NCBI GenBank assembly: GCA_965224085.1
Contig: CBDCYI010000011.1
Coordinates: 192,001 to 256,000, forward strand
Length of the DNA: 64,000 nt
From: Candidatus Marinacidobacterales bacterium
GTDB taxonomy: Bacteria; Acidobacteriota; Vicinamibacteria; Marinacidobacterales; SMYC01
Direction of reading: 5' to 3'
Positions 54,323-62,756 of this stretch are shown in pieces; positions within the stretch are counted from its first letter, which is position 1; the number at the start of each line of letters is the position of its first letter. Under the pieces are notes generated by a model. The model saw only the letters and a program-made list of their open reading frames with translations. It had not been told where the DNA came from and searched no databases. The translations under genes and the position numbers were made by a program.

Positions 54323-54739
54323 CGGGTGCCCACCGCGGAGGGTATCACTGCGATGCAGTCGATCAACGTCGTCGTGCTCAACCCCTCGTTCCTGGGTGCC
54401 TTCATCGGAACCGCCGTGCTGTCGCTCGGCGCGGGTGGGATCGCCTTGTCAGGCTGGGGCGGTCCCTCGGCGTCCTTCTTCTTGGGTGGGGCGATCTTCT
54501 ACCTCGTGGGCACGTTTCTCGTCACCGGGCTCGGCAACGTCCCCTTGAACGACCAGCTGGCCGCCCTGTCCGCCGCGGACCCTGGCGCCGGTGACGTGTG
54601 GGACCACTACCTGGGCCGGTGGACGATGTGGAACCACGTTCGGACGGCCGCCGCCATGGCCGCCGCGCTGCTGTACAGCTTGGGCCTTCATGCAAAACGG
54701 TGGCGCGTGATTTCACGTCGCTACCGGCTCGCTCTTTGA
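54318..54739 (+). pseudogene. DUF1772 (anthrone oxygenase-like) protein, 5' truncated
   Basis: EGITAMQSIN, GNVPLNDQLA, WTMWNHVRT. Confidence 0.85.
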
Positions 54740-55294
54740 CGCCGTCGTTTGAAGCGCGTCCAGTGTTGATAGAGAGCCCACATAAAGAGGATGGGTCCCA
54801 GGGCCACGACCCCCAACGCGCCGATGGCCGGCTTGTTCGCGAGGCCGAGCAAGGCGTTCGTCCCGTAAGCCTCGTCGGTCACGAGATAGGTCCACGTCGC
54901 CGAAGGGCTGCGCACGGAGCTCCCGTCCACGCCTTGTTCCGTGAGCGTCAAAGCGTCGAACGTGCGCACGATCTCGTCATCGATGCGCGCGGGAAGCGCC
55001 GCGAAGCTCCCCTGAGCGATGCGACAGAATTCGACGAGCGGCGTCTGCCCCGAGAGCGCTAGAATCGGGACCTCGTCCCGCGGAACACCCTTCCCCGTGA
55101 GTGCGTTCAAGCAAGCGGGCGCAACGGCGGCGAGAGTTTTTCCCTCGCCCGTCTGCATCTCCACGACGCGCCCTTGGTGAAGGGCGACGCCGGGGCGTTT
55201 CTGGACGTCGAAGAGGCGCACGCCCAAGGACGCAAAAGACAGCCTCGTCGACTTCCCGAAAAACATCGTCGAGCTCCGGCACGGTTTCAGCCAC
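54721..55294 (-). pseudogene. secA2: Accessory SecA2-like ATPase with most of the gene deleted
   Basis: [21 protein letters not shown]...ALTGKGV joined to TPLVEF...PSATWTYLV and a hydrophobic tail. Confidence 0.8.
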
Positions 55295-55975
55295 GCCGCA
55301 CGAGCCGCCGCCGGAACGCGTCGAAGTTCGCGACCTTCAGCTCTTGCCCGTACAGCACTGAGAGCTCGTCGAGATAGAACAAGTAGGCGTCATAGCGCCG
55401 CAGCTTCGCTTGTAAGGAAGCTCGGGAAAGGTCTCGGTCGCGAGAGTTTGAACGAGCTCGCGCGTTGCGGGATCGATTTGTTCGAGCAAGCGCGCCTGAT
55501 CGGCGCGCCGGGGAAGACGCCGCGCGGCGCCTTATTTGAGCGCTTCGATCCGTACGCGTTGTGCTTCGACGAGGCGCTTCACGTCGAGCGCCTGTCTGAG
55601 GAGCTTCTTCGTCACGACGGGCTGATCCCAAATCGTGACCGTTTCGACCTCGTCGAAGAAATGTTCCGTGCTGTCGTCAAAGAGCTGCTCTTCCGGAAGC
55701 TCGACGAGGCGGTCCACGAGAATGTTCCACATCGCGACAAGCGTGCGCTTGAGCTCGAACTCGGTGCCGTTAATCGTGGGATCTTCGGTGAGCACGAGAA
55801 GGTTGAGGACGAGCGCGGCGAAGCCGAAAGGCGTCGAGCGAAATCGGCGAGCCCGACCTCGTCCCGTGGCCGCGAGAGCGCCGGTTTTCTCGAGCGCGGC
55901 AACCGCACGGCTCACCCACTCGGCTTCGACCCTGCCGTGATGATGTGGAAAGGCCCGGACGACTCTGATTCTGGG
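55287..55975 (-). pseudogene. Putative winged-helix/helical protein, disrupted
   Basis: VSRAVAALEKTGAL...GRGRARRF wing-like motif; TAG at 55976 upstream; frame break near 55535. Confidence 0.4.
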
Positions 55976-56220
55976 CTACTCAGACTGACGCCCTGGCGCA
56001 TCGAGCTCGCGTTCCTCATGCCTTGGGAGGACGGCTGGCGCAGCCGTGTTTGGAAAGCAAAGAGCGTCGAGCGTTCGGGTCGGCTCGGATCCAGCCGGAT
56101 GATGCCTCGAACATACCTCGTGCCGCTTTCTCGAAACAGGACCGAGTTGCCGCGCATGGTGGCCGTGGACGCCGCCCTGCGATTGTGTGGAGAAACCGAC
56201 GGCCGGACCGGAGAGATAAC

Positions 56221-56316
56221 ATGGCGCAAGAAGACCTTTTGAGACGCATCACGGCGCGACCAAACGTGTTCGGTGGAAAGCCCATCATTGGAGGCATGCG
56301 GATCTCCGTCGGAATA
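56221..56316 (+). pseudogene. DUF433 antitoxin N-terminal remnant
   Basis: RITARPNVFGGKPIIGGMRISV. Confidence 0.8.
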
Positions 56317-56388
56317 GCTGGGATGAAGGCGGATCGCAGCATTCGGCATTTCTCCTTCGAACTCCCATCGTCGGTAATCGATGTTAGC

Positions 56389-57560
56389 TCAAAGAGGAGC
56401 GCTTCCAAAGTTGAGCTTCAGTTCTAGCGCGTCGGCGTAGCGCGCGAGGCTCCTCTGTACGGCGTCGCGACGTGCTTTGCGCTCGTGATGGACGGATAGC
56501 ACGTGCATGCGGCCTGCCGTCTTGTCCGCTTTGAGATCGCAGCGGCCGACGAGCTCGTCGCCCGAGAGGACAGGCAAGCAGTAGTAGCCATACTTTCTTT
56601 GGTGTGCGGGCTTGAAGACTTCGAGCACCTGCTCAAAGTCGAAGAGCATTTGGACGCGCTTGCGATCCCAGAGCAACGGATCGAAAGGAGAGAGAAGAAC
56701 GCCCGCATCTCGCGGTGGCCGCAATTTCTCGAGACGCGCCGCGAGCTCGAGATCCTCGCCGCGAATCCACCCGGCGCGCCCGTCCAGCGAGCACGCGACC
56801 ACCATCCCATCTTCTCGCATCTCCTCGAGGCAGGCTTGAAGGAGCTTGCGGCGCTTCGTGAGCCGCCACGTGCCCGCGAGCGTTCCGAGGGGCGCCCCAT
56901 CCGTGTCCGTCGAGAGCTTTCAGAAGTAGCGTCTTCATCGCCTCCCGTTCGGGTAGGCCGATGTGCCGCGCGCTTCTCCGGGATTACCCGCTGGGGCAGA
57001 TCGTAGTACGGATGGAAATTCTTTCTGTGGTGGACGGCGAGATCCCCGCCCCACCAAAGGCAGCGCAGGACACGGCGGGTCAAAGAAAAGCCCCAGTCGT
57101 TGCGGCTGGATTTGTCCTCGAAGTCGGCCGTGCGCAGCGGACCTTCGTTGCCAATACGCTTCAGGATTGCGTTCGCTTTCCGCCGGTTCTCTTGGAGCAC
57201 GCGCCCCCACCACGGGTTCTGCTTTTTGTACTCGCGGCGGCGAAACTCGAAAACTGGGTAGAGCTCCATCGGAATCCAGCTCGCTTCGTGGCCCCAGTAC
57301 TCGAAGAGAGGGGCTTTCGGACGGAGCAAGGTCTCCGGCAGGGCGGGATCGAGGCCGGGGAGCCGGGATAAAAGCACGAGGCTATGGCTGCGAGCTCCGG
57401 CTATGGGAACGGTATCGAGCTGCAGATACCCGAAGCGACGGATGACGCAGTAGCACGCCGCTCGTGGTCGCTTGCCGGGACTCGACGGAAAGCCGGTCCA
57501 TTCGGGCTTCATGAGCCCGGCCCGTGCGAGCGCGAGCCGTCGCGCCGCGCGGATGCTCAT
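56389..57560 (-). pseudogene. ycaQ: YcaQ/AlkZ-like crosslink-repair DNA glycosylase, frameshifted
   Basis: LQLDTV..ARSH, FEYWGHEAS, LLSPFDPLLWDR, RKYGYYCLPVL. Confidence 0.88.
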
Positions 57561-57599
57561 CGTGTCAGAGCTCGTTGTTGCTTCCCCGGGGTCGAGTCT

Positions 57600-57761
57600 A
57601 GAGCAAAAAGACTTGAGCATAGCGGATTCGGTGATGAAAGCGACACCGAGGATTTCCGCACCGGCTGGTTGAAGCACATCATCTGGATGAAGTCGGCGAT
57701 CGAAAAAGGCGAGGCGTGGGTCGCGCCCAAGCTCGTTTCAGCGGATTGGGACGAGCTCTGA
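57600..57761 (+). pseudogene. SRPBCC/AHSA1-like C-terminal remnant
   Basis: LEHSGFGD...GWLKHI..MKSAIE. Confidence 0.5.
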
Positions 57762-57772
57762 GCGCACCGCGC

Positions 57773-58005
57773 TTATTTGAAGAAGCCGCCGAGTAAACTC
57801 GATCCGATCTTCGCGACGTCATCGATGGTGGAGCCGTCTCCATCTCTGTCGAGGAGCTGGTTGAACACTTTCATGGCGTCCGGCGCTTGTTGCTCCGCTT
57901 TTTGGCGTTCGCCGGCAAGTAGGCCGAAAAGCCCGGGAGCATCAACGCCTGCTTGACGCTTCGTGCGCCCGAGAACACCCATGACGACGGGCTCGAGCTT
58001 GGCGG
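57773..58005 (-). pseudogene. DUF937-family C-terminal remnant
   Basis: PVVMGVLG...LDRDGDGSTIDDV..LLGGFFK. Confidence 0.7.
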
Positions 58006-58201
58006 AGCGCTCTTCATCCGATTCCCTTGCAGCGCCGAGCAAACTTTCTCCCGCGCTCATTACGAAATCGAAAACTCCGATGTTTGGACCTCCTCGCGGG
58101 GTGTAATCGGTACGAGGTGGAACCCGTGAATCTCCGCTCGGGCTTCGCAACGGTCGACTGGCGGCACCCCCCGAAAATGCCAGTCGATGAGGCGGCCGAG
58201 G

Positions 58202-59596
58202 CTATCTCAGGCTTGGTGGAATTGCAACGATGGGCTCGATATATCGCTCGGCGAGGAAGCGGCGATCCGTTTCAGCAATCGGAAACGTCATCTCGAAATA
58301 GGCGCGAATATCGGCGGCCAGATTGCGGTGATAGAAAGTGGGCCAAACGGCACGAAGCGCGCTGTCGATGGCAAGCTGCGCCGCCGTCCCATGCGTTTCG
58401 AGCGCCTCTACTTCGATGACGGTGATCACATACGCGATGAGGTTGTCCGCGAACCATTCGGACGGGAGGCAGAAGGCGTAGTCGCTCACGATGCCGCGCG
58501 AAGCAAACGTCTCGTCGAGCAAGTAGGTCGGTGGCTCGCCCAGCGCTTCGTAGACCTCTTCCGCCCAGCTCGCCCACGCTTCCGGGTCCTTTCCGCGGAA
58601 CGAGAACGTGGGCTCCGACATCCCCTCGTAGACGAAACGCGGCACGACGGCGAGTCCGGCACCGAGCTCGCCGTCAAGAAAGCCCGTTTGTTCCCACTCG
58701 AACGCTCGGACGAGCTCGGCGAAATGCGGCGCAGGAAAACGCGTGCGCCCGTTCTCGGCCACGAGGTCCTCGGCGTCGAAGTCGAGCGACATGTGGAAGC
58801 TGTGGCCCATCTCGTGAACGAGAATACCGAGAAGCAAAAGCAGGTCGTCGACCCGACGGCCCACGTCATAAATGATGAGCGACTGGGTCCGCGGAAAAAC
58901 CTGAGCGGCGGTCTCGTCCTCTTCCACTGCAGCGAGCGCGGCGTTCAGGAGCGCCGTTTTCTCCGTGGCGATCGTGCGCAAAGTCGGCAGCCTGTCGTGG
59001 TTCTCGAAGAATTGGCGAAAGACGCGCCGCACAGTGTCGTCCACGGCTTCGGCGAGCTCGAGATCGAAACGCGCATCGCGATCGACGAGTGCGATGTCGT
59101 AATCCCGATACAGGCCCAGCTGGATCTCGGCGAGCTCGGACTCCCGCCCGAACAAGGACCAGTCGATGGAGTCTGGCAGGCCATTGGTGTTCGCGTCGAC
59201 ACCGCCCGCGGCAGGATCGAACGGATCGCTGTCGAGCACATTGCGCACGCCGTCGCCGTCGATGTCGACGTCGCCTTCCATGAACTTCCCGTAATAGTCG
59301 CTAACGCGGAAATCGGGAACGCCATTGCCGTTCGAATCACGCAGAGCGAGCGCCTTGAGCCGATCGTGATCCGCATACAGTTTGTCGAGACGATCGAGAG
59401 CTTCGGATTCGGTGCTCGCGCGCAGCTCCCCGAAGCGCGCACTCTCTTCCTCGCCCGGCAGGATCGCGATCGGCGCGCCAGAATAGTGCACGTGTTGGAG
59501 TGACGCAGTTTGGTTGCGCTCCCGAGCGTTGCGACACGCGACCGCGAAAAGAAGGATGAAGATGCACAGGCTTCGGGAGTGAGCCTGAAGGATCAT
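58202..59596 (-). CDS. Lipoprotein with DxDxDG-type Ca-binding loops and HEXXH zinc-metallopeptidase-like domain
   Basis: Lipobox AVAC; DSNGNGVPD, DIDGDGVRN, DANTNGLPD; VHEMGH and downstream EWFAD. Confidence 0.72.
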   Translation of the reverse strand: MILQAHSRSLCIFILLFAVACRNARERNQTASLQHVHYSGAPIAILPGEEESARFGELRASTESEALDRLDKLYADHDRLKALALRDSNGNGVPDFRVSDYYGKFMEGDVDIDGDGVRNVLDSDPFDPAAGGVDANTNGLPDSIDWSLFGRESELAEIQLGLYRDYDIALVDRDARFDLELAEAVDDTVRRVFRQFFENHDRLPTLRTIATEKTALLNAALAAVEEDETAAQVFPRTQSLIIYDVGRRVDDLLLLLGILVHEMGHSFHMSLDFDAEDLVAENGRTRFPAPHFAELVRAFEWEQTGFLDGELGAGLAVVPRFVYEGMSEPTFSFRGKDPEAWASWAEEVYEALGEPPTYLLDETFASRGIVSDYAFCLPSEWFADNLIAYVITVIEVEALETHGTAAQLAIDSALRAVWPTFYHRNLAADIRAYFEMTFPIAETDRRFLAERYIEPIVAIPPSLR

Positions 59597-60297
59597 TGTC
59601 GGCCGGAGGACCAGTTGATGGCGCCCGCGAGGTGCGCTTTGAAGGTCTCGTCCGAGTAGGACGCTTCGGTATGGCCAAGTGCGGTGTAGAAAGCGCGGCC
59701 GCCGTCGAACTCGTGGTACCACACCACGGGGTGATCGCCCATCGCGGCCTCATCGGCCTCGAAGCTCGTCTCGTCGAGCGCCATGAGCACCTCAACGTAG
59801 GCGCGTGGGTTCGCCTGGAAGGTGTAATGTTCGTCGACGCGCGTCCACCGCTCCTTGAGGTGCCGGGTCGCCGGGTGAGCACGGTCTTCGACGATGTAGG
59901 TGGCCTCTTGAATCTCGGGATGGGTCTTGAAATAGGCGCCCACGAGCTTTCCGTACCATGGCCAGTCATACTCCGTATCGGAAGCGGCATGGATGCCCAC
60001 ATAGCCTTTCCCTGACTGGATGAAACGCTCGAAGGCGGCTTGCCCGTCGTCCAAAACGTCGCCCGTCGTCATGAGAAAGACGACAACGTCGACGCCCGCG
60101 AGCGTATCGTCGGTGAATCGGCTCGCGTCTTCGGTCGCGACGACGTTCCAACCGTGCTGTTTACCAAGCGCTTCGATTGCCCGGACACCGGCCGGTATCG
60201 ACGCGTGCCGATACTCCGCCGTTTTGCTGAAAATAATGACGTCGACGTCGATGGGTTCCGTTTGAGCCGCCACGAGTGATAGCAGGAGAGCAAGCAT
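59593..60297 (-). CDS. ThuA-like domain protein
   Basis: FSKTAEYRHASI, TTGDVL, GIHAASDTEYDWPWY, GRAFYTALGH. Confidence 0.92.
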   Translation of the reverse strand: MLALLLSLVAAQTEPIDVDVIIFSKTAEYRHASIPAGVRAIEALGKQHGWNVVATEDASRFTDDTLAGVDVVVFLMTTGDVLDDGQAAFERFIQSGKGYVGIHAASDTEYDWPWYGKLVGAYFKTHPEIQEATYIVEDRAHPATRHLKERWTRVDEHYTFQANPRAYVEVLMALDETSFEADEAAMGDHPVVWYHEFDGGRAFYTALGHTEASYSDETFKAHLAGAINWSSGRQ

Positions 60298-60316
60298 GCG
60301 CGTATCATACGTGAAG

Positions 60317-62158
60317 ATGCGTTACTTTCGTCTCGTGGTCCTCTTGCTTTTCTTCGGCGCGTGCTCGCGCGACGAGACGCCCAACTTGTCGAAGGACGCA
60401 AAAACAGCGACGCACCAAGCACTCTTCGAAGATCTCGAAAAGCCGCGCGATCCCTCGGACGGCGGCGGGCGCGCGTTTCTCGCCGAGGTCCCCAAGGGCC
60501 CCATCCTGGTGGGGAGCCGCCACCGTTTCGAGATTGTCTACGAGGCCGGCCCTTTGGGTATCTCCGAAGGCGGCGTATTGTTCCTGGAACCGTCGCCGTT
60601 TTGGGGCTGGGATGTGCCTCAGACAGAGGTTCCGGAGGCTCCGGGATTTACCGAGGCCACGACGGACGCGCCGAACGTGAAGCTCGAGACGTTGAGCCTC
60701 GGCGGCCTTCTCACCATCACAATCCGTGGGCGCGCTCTCGCGCCGGGTGAGCGGGTGGAACTCGTATATGGTGCGGGTCCGGCTGGGGCTCAGGTCGATC
60801 GCTACGCGGAGTCGCAGGCGCCGATCTGGCTCGCCGTCGACGGCGATGGAGACGGTGTGCGTTCCGTTCTCGACGAAGTCCCGAGCGTCGATGTCGCCGC
60901 GGGTCCGGCCGCGCAGCTCGTCTTGACGCTACCGAGCACGGCGCAGCCGGGAGACCGCGTGCGCTTGACGGTGGCGGCTCTCGACCGAGCCGGCAATGCG
61001 GGCATGACGCTTGACGGAAGCGTGGCGCTCTCGGGGCCGACCGCCCTGGGCCTTCCCACCGGTCTAGAGCTTTCGGAGCGTGGGGTCGGCTATGTCGATG
61101 TCGTCGCTCGCGATGCGGGTGTCTACCGCGTGAGCGGCGCGTCGGGTGAAATGATTGCGGAAAGCAACCCACTCGTTGTTCGCGACGGCATCCCCCGCAT
61201 CCTGTGGGCCGACCTTCATGGTCATTCGCAGCTTTCGGACGGCACGGGTACGCCCGACGACTACTTCTGGTACGCGCGGGACGTGGCGGCGCTTGACATC
61301 GCCTCGCTCACGGATCACGACCATTGGGGTATGCGTTTTCTCGATCAGAGCGAAGCGATGTGGAAAGCGATCCGCGAGGCGGGCCGCCGCTTCGAAGAGC
61401 CCGGCCGATTCCTCGCCATCGAGGGCTACGAGTGGACGAACTGGCTTCACGGTCATCGCCACGTTCTGTACTTCGAAAGCGGTGGCGAAGTCTTGAGCTC
61501 CATCGATCCGGCCTACGAAACGCCGGCTCAGTTGTGGGAAGCGCTCGAAGGCCAGAAGGCACTCACCGTCGCACACCATTCAGCGGGCGGTCCGGTCTCG
61601 ACCAATTGGAATTTCATGCCGGACCCCGCGATCGAGCCGGTGACGGAGATCGTCTCGGTGCACGGCAGCAGCGAAGCGGCCGATACGCCCGGCACGATCT
61701 ATAGCGCCGTCACGGGCAACTTCGTCCGTGACGTACTCGATCGCGGCGCGCGCTTCGGCTTCATCGGTAGCGGCGACAGCCACGACGGCCACCCGGGCCT
61801 CGCACATCTCGCGTCACCGAGCGGCGGTCTCGCCGCGATCTTCTCGGAACATTTGACGCGCGACGGCGTGCTCGAAGCCCTCGCATCGCGACGCGTTTAC
61901 GCGACGAACGGCCCCCGCATCTGGCTACGCTTCTGGCTCGACGACGACCCCCGCTTCGCGGTGGCAGGCACGGCGCCCATCGAGCGCGTCGACGTGATCC
62001 GAAGCGGGAGCGTCGTCACCAGCCTTTCCGGCGCCGGACGCCGTGAATGGGGTGAAGGGCTGACGCTCGACGGCCTCGTGTCGGGCGAATATGTCTACAT
62101 CCGCGTCGTCCAGGAAGACGGTGGCGTCGCGTGGTCGAGCCCCGTGTTTATCGACTAG
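60317..62158 (+). CDS. DUF3604/CehA-McbA-like PHP metallohydrolase lipoprotein
   Basis: Lipobox FGAC; WADLHGHS, TDHD, GYEWT, GSGDSH, YATNG, AWSSPVF. Confidence 0.85.
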   Translation: MRYFRLVVLLLFFGACSRDETPNLSKDAKTATHQALFEDLEKPRDPSDGGGRAFLAEVPKGPILVGSRHRFEIVYEAGPLGISEGGVLFLEPSPFWGWDVPQTEVPEAPGFTEATTDAPNVKLETLSLGGLLTITIRGRALAPGERVELVYGAGPAGAQVDRYAESQAPIWLAVDGDGDGVRSVLDEVPSVDVAAGPAAQLVLTLPSTAQPGDRVRLTVAALDRAGNAGMTLDGSVALSGPTALGLPTGLELSERGVGYVDVVARDAGVYRVSGASGEMIAESNPLVVRDGIPRILWADLHGHSQLSDGTGTPDDYFWYARDVAALDIASLTDHDHWGMRFLDQSEAMWKAIREAGRRFEEPGRFLAIEGYEWTNWLHGHRHVLYFESGGEVLSSIDPAYETPAQLWEALEGQKALTVAHHSAGGPVSTNWNFMPDPAIEPVTEIVSVHGSSEAADTPGTIYSAVTGNFVRDVLDRGARFGFIGSGDSHDGHPGLAHLASPSGGLAAIFSEHLTRDGVLEALASRRVYATNGPRIWLRFWLDDDPRFAVAGTAPIERVDVIRSGSVVTSLSGAGRREWGEGLTLDGLVSGEYVYIRVVQEDGGVAWSSPVFID

Positions 62159-62512
62159 CCGTTTGCTACCGTATAAACAGAGGACGATGACGACCGAAGA
62201 CGCTTTGAGGGAGTACTTGGTCGAACGAGGGTTCGTCGAGACGGGCACGCCCCGCGAGGAACTCTACCGCAGCAATTGGGTCAAGGTGCCCATGTGGGGC
62301 TATTTCGTTTCTTTACTGGATCGATCGGATGGTATTCATGAGCCTCGGACTTCTCTTCTGCCCCATGCGGACCCTTCGGGCCTGCAGGCGTGGTCGAGAA
62401 CACCGGAACTCCTTTGACCGCGACCCGGAAGACCTCCTCGCCAGTGACTTCGACGACCTCAAACGCCGAAGCCTCCGAACCGCTGGTTGATCGCGCGCGC
62501 GCAACCGAAATC

Positions 62513-62735
62513 TCATTCCGGGAAGTGCATGCGGCGGAGCAGGTCTCGGAAACGGGGGTCGTCTCGCAGAGGGTCCACCCACAAATGAGTCGGGAGGCCC
62601 ACCGTCATGGCAGCCCGCTCGCGGTAAGCGCAATCCGGCCAGGGACTCCGTAATAATGATGTTGGCGGTCTTCAAGTCCCGATGGACGAAGCCTGCACGA
62701 TGCGCGTTGTCCAGTCCGTCCGCGCTTTCGGCAAG
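62513..62735 (-). pseudogene. Kinase-TPR protein collapsed to its HRD loop and C-terminal tail
   Basis: ADGLDNAHRAGFVHRDLKTANII within about 100 bp of VDPLRDDPRFRDLLRRMHFPE*. Confidence 0.7.
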
Positions 62736-62756
62736 GAATCGAATGAGAAGGGTTTT

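Noticed and set aside
62187-62500. ORF MTTEDALREYL... and adjacent frames
   Set aside because: Probably another remnant but cannot be assigned from sequence alone
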